Part shown: positions 36,189-48,100 of the stretch, piece after piece
Layout of the letters: each line of letters opens with the position of its first letter
Position numbering within the stretch: the stretch's first letter is position 1
Source: Tubiluchus corallicola
Lineage: Eukaryota > Animalia > Priapulida
Length of the DNA stretch: 64,000 nucleotides
Direction: 5' to 3'
Assembly (NCBI GenBank): GCA_030141605.1
Contig: JAQGDQ010002366.1
Coordinates: 256,660-320,659 of the forward strand
Translations under genes and position numbers: made by a program
Notes under the pieces: model-generated
Databases searched by the model: none
What the model saw: the letters and a program-made list of their open reading frames with translations, nothing else
Told to the model about the DNA's origin: nothing

Positions 36189-39100
36189 TTACTCGCTGTC
36201 GGAATCTTCCTCTTTCTTTGCACGTTTGGAAGGACGCTCAGATGTAGGTAATGCTCCTAGGAGGCCATGGGCCGTATTAAACAGATTAATAGGTGATGTG
36301 CCATCTGTGATGAGAGTAGACTTCAACCCCAAACCTTGTAGCAAACGAACCTGGAAGACAGCAGTGCAGTTATAATAATCTGTGTCCTAAGCCATAGCTA
36401 CAAAAAAGCTTTCAGCATCAGAAGCTCAAGCATTTTTAGTCTTTAAGTTTTTAAGCAAGAGGATTTTGCTTTTATTACATGAAATATAATTATAACATTA
36501 ACTTATATGAAAAAATTATTTGATCAACAATTTGGATCAGAAATCAACAATTTCAAAATGGAGAGCTACAATACAACTGGACTTGAGTTTGTAATAAGTT
36601 TTTATATATATCACAACTTCTTTTCTGATAAGTTATCACCAAACTATCTTTCAGATCATACTTATTAGCGTGATAAACTCATAATTTAAAGTTTGAAAAA
36701 AATGAATAATTCAAATGAAGTAATATTAAATAAAGCAAAAAGGCAATCATTTAGTACTCATACTACGTAAAAGATTGGAAATGTTCAGCAGCTTCAACAC
36801 GTAGGTAACAACGAAAACATACCTGCATTTCTGGACCAGCAACGGCCATTGCACGAATCGTGTCTGCACCAATAGCTGAAACCATATCCTTAAACTTCTG
36901 AACATCAATTTCGGATAGCTCTCGGGCTTTGTCCACTTCAAGTTGATTCTGTTCACGTAGATACTTGATCTCCGCCTCACGAGCTTGCTGAAGGCGAGTC
37001 AACTCAGACTCCTGAAAAAATAACAATATCATATTATGTGATTGCAAACATGAGTAAAGGGTCTGGATGTAAAGGCTTACATCTCACCAAATCCGCCACA
37101 GAACAGCAATTTGCATTTGAGATGTGAGGGTTCCATGCACTGAAATTCCATATAATTAAATACATGAAAGAGCTAGCTTCTAGGAACCAACGTGCTGTTT
37201 ATTGACAGCACATGATGGTTTTGGCAAACAATGCCATTATCAATGCTAAAAATTAAACCATTTACAACACTGCATTTACTAAGGCACAAAAAATCATTAC
37301 AAAATCAAAAGAGTGGAATTTAAATAAAAATGTTCATGATATCAAAATAGCAGAGGCTTTGTATATTATGAAGTGCCACCCAATTTTTAACACCCCACTA
37401 TCATCATTAGCACCACGCTGCGCTCTTTCTATATCTGTATTTTAAGCCAAAGTGGTTCTAGGTTCCATCGAGTCCCATAGAGGTCACTGTGACTTACTGA
37501 ATGTATTTCTTTGAGAGAGTTGTAAGTATTGTGTACCTCCCATAGATGTGAAAAATGTAATTGTGTACACTCTGTGTTTTTATTCTTCTAACTTTTATGA
37601 CAGTTGTTTCTTCTCTCTATGTAAATTTTGCTTGCGCTAGACTAACTGTTTGCTGTGGTTATGACATTTTCCCAGAATCTCATGTAGAAGGTAATTTTTT
37701 TGCTTTTACAGCATTTCTCTCTGAAAGGTATATCTACTAATATACTGGTAACTTCAATTTCACCTTTTGATTTTGTAATGATTTTTGTGTTTTGGAAATT
37801 TCAGTATCATAAATGTACTATTATTTCCTTTGGCTTAATTTTCAGCGTTGATAACGGAATTTTTTGCTGAAATAATTGTCTGCAGTCAACAAACATCATG
37901 TTGATTCCTAAAAAACTGACTCTTTCATTTATTAAATGATATTCAGCACCGCCAGTATTTTTGATACTACAAATTTCATAACATTTTTAAATCAAAATTA
38001 TAATTAAATAGCTGGCATAGCACGGCAGATGAAATCACTTGGTGAATGTTTACTAGTGATCACCAGCCACCCAACCATTTTGTAACTAGGTCACTGGCAT
38101 TTCCTAACTTCAGTCACTGTGCGCAAATCATGTCTATTTTAAAAATTCAGAGTAAGATGAAAAATAGAAAATAGGAGTTTTTACTTTTATGAAAAAGACA
38201 ACAACTTACAGCATCAATAGCTGTGGCCTCAGCTTTTAGTTTAGCTTGTTGTACAGCAGCCTCTCCCTCAATCTTTGCTGCCTCAGCACGACTCTGGGCT
38301 TCAGCTTTTGCCTGTCCAGTGCTCTCTACTGCTGCACTGAGAGACTGTAGTTCCAACAGTGACTTCCGAGCTTTCTCAGCATCTGCTTCATCCACTATCT
38401 TCTGCCTCTCCAACCTTCCTTTTGCTTCCTGTTCCAGTCTCTCTGCTTCATGCCTAAAAACACATTTGTCAATAAAGTTTGTTTTGTTCAATTAAAAATT
38501 CAAATTTAATACAGTTCTTCCAAATGTGCCATGCTTACATACTAGATGACTAATCAAATTTATCAAATATGTATGCTGTTTCTTTACATTTATTGTGCTT
38601 AGTAAAGGCAACATAGAAAGGGCTTTTCAAGGAAGTTGTTTGTTTTCTTACGTTTGCATAATTTGCTTCTTTAAACCCATATCTGCACTTGGCTCATTGT
38701 CTTAATGTTAATATGGATAACTATGACTGCAACCAACTGGCATCTTAACAAGTCCACTTTGAAGACAGCATTAATATGAATTAAAGACAATGTTGCAGTT
38801 CTTTTAGTCAAGAAGAACAACAACAACAACAATAAAACTTGGTGTTCACAAACTGCTCAAAAAGCAGGCATTGAACTTTTCCACTTGTCTATAATCTTAC
38901 TATATACAGTTCAAGCTGCAAGTGGCGCCGTGTAAAACTTAAACCCCAAGCTATGCAACAAATTCAGTAACTGATCTGTTATTAAGAAATTTTAGCCACT
39001 TCTGTGAATACGTATTATAAAAAAAAAGAAACCACAAATAGCAAACCTTGGTAAAAGTAAATTACAGCATTTCATGAATGAACTTGATAATTATTCGAAA

Positions 39101-42100
39101 AAAATCCACATAACCAAAACTAGCTCATAACACGAAACAATCTAAGCATCAACTGTTGTCACAACCTGCAATTGCTATAGAAAAAAATCAATTATGAACC
39201 TTGCAGCTGCCTCCTGAGAGTTGGTTGTAATTTCAATAGCAAGTTGTACAGATTTTTGTAGGGAATCACGAGTTCTCTGATCTACAGGTTCCACGGATTG
39301 AATGTCGATGCTTGTAATGACAAGACCATTCTGCTCAAACTTGAACAAGTTCCTTACTTTCATGTGCTCATCCAATCCAAAAACTGAGCTGCGAATTATC
39401 TTAGCAGAGTTCTGGAAATGGCAAAATAATAAAAGATAATTTATGATGAACAAATTTGGTTCAACAATCAAATACAAAAATCAGGCACAGCTCAATTTTG
39501 ATTGAGCAAGTACTGCTTAATTGTGATTGTGCTCAAATTATTAAGAATTTTCCTTGAACTTCCTGAATTTAACATTAAATTTCACACTACAAGAAAATAA
39601 AACTAAATGAGCCCCAAATTTAATTTAAAAATTTTGTGTCAATTTCTTGACTACTTGCCTGCTTATTCATTACCTATTTGGCTTCTGTTAAATACATAAT
39701 TAGTGCACAATGTTCTATACTGCAGGCTCTGCCTATTTGGCTTCTGTTAAATACATAATTAGTGCACAATGTTCTATACTGCAGGCTCTGCCTATAATAT
39801 AAACTGGTTGTATGTTTGTAAAAATTGGAACATCGCAGTCTTTGTTCATTGCGGTTTCCCTTAGGAATATCCAGTAATTCAGCTTCTGAGTCATCAGTTA
39901 TGCAATCTGACAGGGCCGTTTTGCAAGTGATGAGAAAGTATTTTTGTCAACTGCTATGTGTTACTTAAATTATCCTAGCATCAAATCAAGGGTACCAGTA
40001 CACACAGATCACAGTGTAGCTCTATTTCTTTGAGACTGACAAAATTAACCTACTTGGTATACCAATTGGTGAGGTTACCCCCTATTAGAGTTGCGAGTTT
40101 TGGTAACTCAACAGTTCAAGATGTATCTCGTTTCGACACAAAAGTTAACTTGATGACATGTGAAGGGTGTGTCATACCTAACTTAGCTCCGTCCAAATAA
40201 AGTGGTACTTAACCTAGTCCTATTGCTTCTTGCCTCAGTAATAAATATACAGATGCACTGGCACATAACTACTGTGTCCGTGAAAATATTGAGATTTCTA
40301 CAGACTTACTTGTTGGCTCTGATTATTTATTCCAAAGTTTGAGTAGCGAGAAAGCTGACATTTTATCAGGTCTTTACATTTTTGCATTTAGGCTTGGTTG
40401 GATATTGACTGAACGTGTGCCAAAATTCGAAGTCACATCTTTGGTACCACAGCGCAGAATGGGTCTGCCATGTTTACAGTCTGGTTTTGTTAATGATAAG
40501 CTGGTTTCAGTGGAGATCTGCCATGTCCAGCACTGTAAGGAACTGTACTGGAACGAAGGTGGTATTTTGCTTTGCATTGGAAGTCTGGGTAATATTGTTT
40601 CATTTAATTCCAGGAGTTCTACTTTTCTCCCTCACAATTCATATTTAACTGAGCTAATCATTAATCATGGATATAGTATTAATTTTCGTGTTGGTTTGTT
40701 TTTAATATTGGTTTTGTGCTAAGTTTTGTCTAAGTGTCGAGTTTGTCAGAAAATCAAAGGCAGTCCATCTTCATTGCTTTATTTGTCGGACTTATCTGGG
40801 TTAAAAGTTCAGGCTTCTAGACATTTTCAGTTTATGGGCTTTGATATATTTCAGGCATTTAGTAATTGAATACACAAAGTTTACTTTGGTAAAAGTGCTG
40901 GTTTGTTTGTATGCATTTTTTATTATAACTGCAATACAATTAGATTTTGTTGTTAAAGTCTGTGCTTTATTACCACTGTGTTTTGCTAATCTGCAGGTTC
41001 TTAAGCTCATTACAAGCCTTGATTTCTCTGATGCAGTTTTTACCTTTGGCAAGCAGACTTCAGACCAACTTCTCGCTTTATGGAAAGGAAGCTGCTGTTG
41101 TCTAAATCATCCTTGGGAAGTAGAGAGAAAAAATTCTTGATTAGCCTTCGTGAATATATTCCTTCACTTGAAGATGCGTTTCTTGAATATAATCTTCTAC
41201 GTTCTAACTGGTGTTTCGGCAGAATTGTTACTTTTCTGCCTAGTGCTGATGAATTGGTTCGTTCTGCAGTTGTCAAGTATGCAAATGGGACAGGTTAAAT
41301 TGTCTCTACCTTTCAAAAAGTCTCTGTTTGATCACCGAATGTTGATGTTGTCAATATCAAGACTAGACGCTACTTGATCATTTTAACATCTATTTCAGCT
41401 ACAGTAGCGATGGTGGCAATGGAACTGGCCACTTCGTTCTGGTAAAGCTGCGAGTAAATGTTAGTGTTTTTAATGTGACGTTGCAGAGAACTTGGTCTAT
41501 GTGAAGGCTTTTGTTGAAATGTGGCAATTATACTCTTGTAGCCAATGAGACTCTGTTACTACTGCGCTTATGGTCTATGCATGGTTGTGAACTTTTTGTA
41601 CATATGGTATATGGAAAATCCAAAAAAAAAAAAAATTTAAAAAGCTCAAAGTGTTGGAAGACAAGAAGTTAATTTTTAAATTGGTCTTGATGGTTTCAAC
41701 TTGATGCTGGATTCAATTCAATTCAATAGATTTATTTTGCAATAAACATATACATATGCATTACAAGTGCATCGATAATCAGTTTTTGTTAATACAAAAT
41801 TATGATACAATTCATGAATTCTGCGCTAGAGACCTAAGAAGCTAGCTTATGCTAGGCCACTAGAATTAGTTACAAGAAAAATTACAATATATTACTAATG
41901 GTTAGTGTGAGTTACAGTGGGGGTTAGTAGTATTAAATTTTCATAATTACGATGTAAACTGATGGTCAGTACAGAGAAATGATAAATGCTTTAACAGATT
42001 CGCTAAGCATTTGTGGAGGAGGCAACACTTGTTTAGACTATATGTAGGTGCGCATTGCAGATATATATACGGGTGGGAACTAATAACTATATTATTATCC

Positions 42101-45100
42101 TAGAGGGAAAGTATTTGAAAATGAAAAACAACAACAAATCATGATTGAGTGATAAGTTATATATTTCAAGTAAGGGTAATTTATATACTTTTTTGAATAT
42201 GGACAGCGAGTTGGGATTTTTTATAGCTGGAGCAATTGAATTCCATATAGAAGGGCCATTGTATTTAATAGAAAATTTCCTAATATTTGTGTTGCATTGT
42301 ATGTAGTGATAGTTAAGTCTATATCGTGTATTGTAATTATGTATTTCAGCATTCAAAAACAAAAAATCTGTAAATAAGGGTGGCAATAATTTATGAGAGA
42401 ATTTGTACATGAAAATGGCGGTTTGGAACTTATTAATGTCATAAATGTTTTAGAAAGTTTAGACTTTTAAATATTGGTGGTGTGTGGTCCGGATAACCGG
42501 CAAATGTTAAAGCTCGCACTATTTTCTTCTGAATCTTTCGATCTACTGGTGTATGTGCTTCACCAAGCAATGTTTGAATTATTAAGGTATGGTAAAAAAG
42601 AGAATTATATAATAATACAAGTACTGATTTAGGCAATATGTGTCTAACTCTGTATATAATACCTATGGTTTTAGAGATTTTGCTTTCGATAAATCTAAGA
42701 TGGTCTTAGTACGTTTTACTTTAATTATTGGGACTTCATCAATTTTTACTGTAAGATTACTAGGGATTCTTTTATTTTTATTTGCAAATACAATAAATTT
42801 AGTTTTTTTTAGTATTCAGTGACAATTTTTTAGCTTTAAACCAGGTGGAGAGGTGTACAAGTTCTTGGTTTATAGTATTAATCATTGATTCATAGTTTGA
42901 GTGACTATAGAATATGTTAGTATCATCGGCAAATAAAATGAAGTCTAGCAGAGTGGAGATCATTAATATAGAGAAGAAAAAGCAATGGACCTAAGATTGA
43001 TCCTTGTGGGATCTATAATTGATTTGCTTCAAAGAAGAAAATGTGTTATCTATTAGTACAGATTATTTTCTGTTGTGTAAATAACTTGTAAACAACTGTA
43101 AAGGTAGACCTCTGACACCATAGTTGTTTAATTTATCTAAGCGTATTTTATAGTCAATAGTATCAAAGGTGTTAGATAGATCAATGAAAATACCAATTGT
43201 AAATTCATTGTTGTCAAATGCATTTGATATTAAATCAAGAAGTTCAAGTAGAGCCATGTAAGTGGAGTGGTTTTGTCTAAAGCCCAGTTGTTTGCTATAT
43301 AATATGTTGTTTTTTTATGAAATTTAATAGTCTATTATACATTAGTCTTTCAAGAATTTTGGAAAAACAGGGAAGAATTAAAATGGGTCTATAATTTTGA
43401 AACTAGGACTTATCACCAGTTTTAAAAATTGGATTAACCTTAACTATTTTCAGAGAGTCTGGGACTATACCTGTTGAAAATGACTTGTTAAACATATTAA
43501 GTAGAGGTTCAGCAATACAGTGGATGGATTTTTTAAGGATAATGTGTGATGATGTAAACCCCTACCGGGCGCATCCCCCGGGTGGCGGATGGGGGACCCC
43601 TGGCTCACGAGCCAGGGTGCTCCGAATATTCAAATAAGGAGCTGTGGACCAAATCCTTCAGGATAGACCTAGCAAGTCACTGAAGTACTTTTTGCTCAAG
43701 TAACTCATGGCGAACACAACTGAAACAACGGACTGGTGGATGTGGAGGAGGAGAAGACGTATGAAGACAGAGACACCTGGAGAGACGTTATCAAGTGTTC
43801 GCCGGCTGACAGATGAAAATCTACCAGGAGGATGGTGAGAAGATGATGAGAAATGTGTGCTATATCATCATACCATATACTGCTTTTATTTTTTAAATTA
43901 TTTGCCACATTTAGCAGCTCCGTTTTGTTAATTGAAAGCAACTGCATTGATTTCCTACATGCATTTGGTGGTGGGAAATTTGTCTGCTGGAGTTGATCCT
44001 ACATTTACAAAATAGTTATTAAAGCCATCAGGTATTTCTTTTGATGTCATTGGGTTATGCTGTGATTTTTTTGAAATGTGACTGTGCTATTTGAGAAGTA
44101 TCTCTTTTATTAATAGCTAAGTTTATAATTTTCCATGTTTTTTTCATGTTATTCATATTACTTTTAATTGTATTGGCATAATAATCTTTTTCAGCTTTTC
44201 TTAGTATTGACGTTAAATTATTTCTATATGTTTCACAATGTTCAGATCAGTAGGGTTTTTTAATTTTAGCTTATCTAATTTATTTTTGTGTTTAATTGAG
44301 TGGATCAACTCGCTTGTTAGCCAAGGTTTATTTAACGTCCGTGGCCTTATTATTTTTGTGACCAGTGGAAAGCTATCATTGTAAATATTGCAGTAATTTT
44401 TAAAGAAGGATTGAAATGCTGAGTCCGGGTTCTGTATGCAAAAGATTTGGGACCAGATTTGCGATTTTGAAACTATTGGTTTTAAAGTGTCACTTTCAAG
44501 CTAGTTATTGAATAAATTGGAAAATGGTCAGATATGTCACTGTAGAGAATGCCCGAGTTTAGATTGTCATTTGACACACAGTTTGTAAATATATTATTGA
44601 TTAAAGTTGCTGAGTAAGTAGTAATTCTTGTTGGTTTGGTGATTAAGAGATACAATGAATGACTAAGTAGGCAACTGAGAAAAGATTCAGTTCGTTGTGG
44701 GAGTCAGAGTTAAGCGAATTTAAGTTGAAGTCGCCGCAGATAAAGATGTGTTTGTTTTCATCAATTATTTTAGAGAGAAGATTATCTAAACCATCAAAGA
44801 ATACTCGGATACTGGCACCAGGAGGTCTGTATAACACTCCAACTAAGATATTTTTTGTATGTTCTTGGGCAATTTCAACAAACAGTGATTCACAGGTTTG
44901 TTCATCAAAACAGTCTTGGTTATTACGAAGTTTACTGTTTAAATCATCTTTTATATACAGGGAAACCCCTACAGCTGTTCTCTGTTTGCATGTTTTTGAG
45001 TAGTGATTATAATGTTTCATTGAGAACGAATCTTTATTCTGATCATTAAGACAGATTTCTGTAAAAGATAGAATCGAAAATTGACCATTCAGCGTGGAGA

Positions 45101-48100
45101 GTAAATCTGATATATGACAAAAATTTTTGGACATGCTTCAACAATTATGATTAAATATCGAAATATGAGTATAGCTGGTATTCGTGTTTGTGTTAGATTT
45201 TATTATAGAAGTATTTAGATTGATATCTGTGGTATAGTCACAATGTATTCTACTAATTCTGTTATAGAAGTTTTGGTCTGGATCAAAATCTGCATACTGA
45301 AGGCAGTAATTTTTCATTATAATTAAATGGACTTAGATGTAATTCAGTAAGTTGTAAAGTACCTGAATCAAGTAAATCGATCATGTCAATAGCGTTTTTG
45401 AATTGTATTTCATTTTCTATATTATTGAATGGCAATACATCTGCAAGGCATTTTGTACAGTACCACGAGTCTACATTAATAGAGTCGTATTGTTCTGCCG
45501 TTAGATTAGTACATATCAAGTGTTGCCAAATTTCACAAATGCTACATAACAGACCTTTGTGGTCATTCCGCATCTTATTAAAACATATTGAACAATTATC
45601 ATTTTGATTATTAGTAATCAGAGAATTAGTGAAAAGTATTTAAAGAAAAAATAAATAAAAAACGTCGAAGAAAATGAAAATGTTTAACTATTAGCAAAAG
45701 TGAAAATACAATTAAATTACTGTACAAAAGTTGACAGTTTGTTTGTTGCATCTAGTTGCCAGTCTAGTGACTCATCATTTAATTACAATATTATTGTGGT
45801 GTTATCAACTTATTAAGATGCACAAATGTTATATGAATTACATCACCAAAGAAAATGTAACAATTCAATATGATTAAAGATCAAGTTTTAATTTTTTTAT
45901 TATCATCTCTTAATCCAAAATGTTAATATTTAACAGAAGTTTAGGAACTATTCCTATCATGTTAGGAGGCCAACTTAAAATCACGTCATTAGGCATCTTC
46001 TAATATAAAAACAATTTTATAGTTACCATAATGTAAAAATAAAACTTAAAGAATAATTCCTGCCACGTTTAGGGCCTAACATAAAAGCCTCGTTAAGAAA
46101 AGCAATTTTTGAGATTAGGTACATATGAAGAAACGTTAACATATAATAACATTAAGATTATACGTCAAGTCATCTTGTGATTATTTTTATATTCTTTTAG
46201 TGCATGAAATAGCGTTAAATATAAACAAATAATTAGACACTGAAATTGTATTTTGTAAGAATTTTTGCATGATTCTGAATGCTTAACTTGGTCAACTGTT
46301 GTCAACCTTTATGTGAACTTGTTGATTGTCTAACATGATTATTTGATATTAACCTCTGTATGCAATTATAACATTAAGATTGATTTATTCAACATTTGTT
46401 GGTAAACTTTGATCTCTTAATTTACTCATTCAGAGATTTTTTTGCTTACATTATTAAGTTCCGATCTCGTATTTAACCTTTTGCATCATTTATAACATTT
46501 TATAATAGTAGGCACCGCTTAATAGACTCAAATTGGGACCGAAGTGTTTTAACCCAATTAACCGACTGAACCTATTAACCGATGGGTGTAATATTAATGG
46601 TATAAAAGTACGAGTCATCAGCTTAGTATTAACTGCAAAGATTTTTTAATGAATTTTTGAAAAGAAGTAATGCCCAAGTTAATTTGTGTAGCTAAAAAAA
46701 AACTTCCGAGAGTACTTTGGAAAATTTTCAACTGCGCTGCTGCACACTGCTGTCCCATCTTTGGGAGTTTGTTGTGCTGCTCCAAAATTTTCAGTTTTTC
46801 CTTAACTGTCAGACTTTTGCACTCATGCTTCATTTTTAAAACTTCTTAACTCTTGCTCTTACTTGCTGTATGATGTTTACTCTTGTAAGTCCCAAAGAAT
46901 ACAGGCTGATTACTGTACATGGATCTTTGACTGTTAAGTGATTAAGCGCGATTTGCATCAAGAGCTTCAAAGGAAACAGCTAGACAAGTGATTAAATGTT
47001 TAGCTTCCAGAATTTCTTGTGTAACGAGGTTAACTGCAGTGAACGTGCAGGTAACAGATTCAAAGCAAAACCGCTATGCTAGCATATTAGTGCATGATTA
47101 ACGTACTTGCTTACCAACAAAACGGTACTTAGCATGATTGTTTCTACATATATTATAGTTCACAAAAGCGAAGTAAATATGACATAAAAGTAGGATAAGC
47201 TCTTTGGGTACATACAAATGTCTTATTTTAAGTATGTAAAGGAAAAATATTGAGTCAATTATGCAGAGTTATTTGAGTCAATTACCAACAGTTTTTAATT
47301 TGTACATTTGAATAGAAGCAGTCTGTACCAGGCAGTTTGAGTCAATAAAGCAATTAAGTTTATTAACAGTGAGTCTATTAAGCGGTGCCTACTGTATTAA
47401 CATTTATATTATTTTTTGTAGTTTTTTGTCGTTTGTTCTCCGGAGTGTCACGACGCATGTGGCATGAGTTCAATTCTAGGTTTTTGTAATTATTTTTCAT
47501 TTTTATACTTTGATCAATATTGCAGTTTTGCTCCTTTCAAATATTTTTTTTTACTTTGAAAACACTTAGTTAAATTAATATCTTCTGTTGCTCATAAATA
47601 ATCTGTACACGTTTGTCTGTAGGTTTGCAGTTTTGCTCCTACAGGTTACCTACATGGTTTCATTATATAGTTTTATGCTGGCTTGATCACGTGACTTCAT
47701 ATGCATTGGCAGTTAACTGGCTTCTTCGTAAAGTTTATATAAGCTATGCAGTTCTGTATACACTAACTATCTGATATGTCAAAAAATGCTATTCTTGTGA
47801 TGTGAAAATTTAAAGTGTTTTGTGCAGCAATTGTGATAAAACTTGTGTATGCTTGTACTTATTATGCATTGAAATTATGAAAGTTTAACTTACATTGCTG
47901 TGATAGAATAAAGGTTTTATTAGCAATGGCTTAAAATTAAATTAATTTATTTTTGTTTTTGTTCAACTAGAATAATGCAACATTTACAACAACGTGAACC
48001 TGACTTATTATCAAGGATATGCCTGTAAGATGGATGAACTGCCAAAGGTGTCTTAGCCACATTTGGATGTATATACATCCTCTCTATGAAGTGAACAGCC

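Noticed and set aside
39841-39900. CTGATGA on the minus strand as a possible hammerhead ribozyme core
   Set aside because: No GAAA directly after a stem II and no closing stems I/III.
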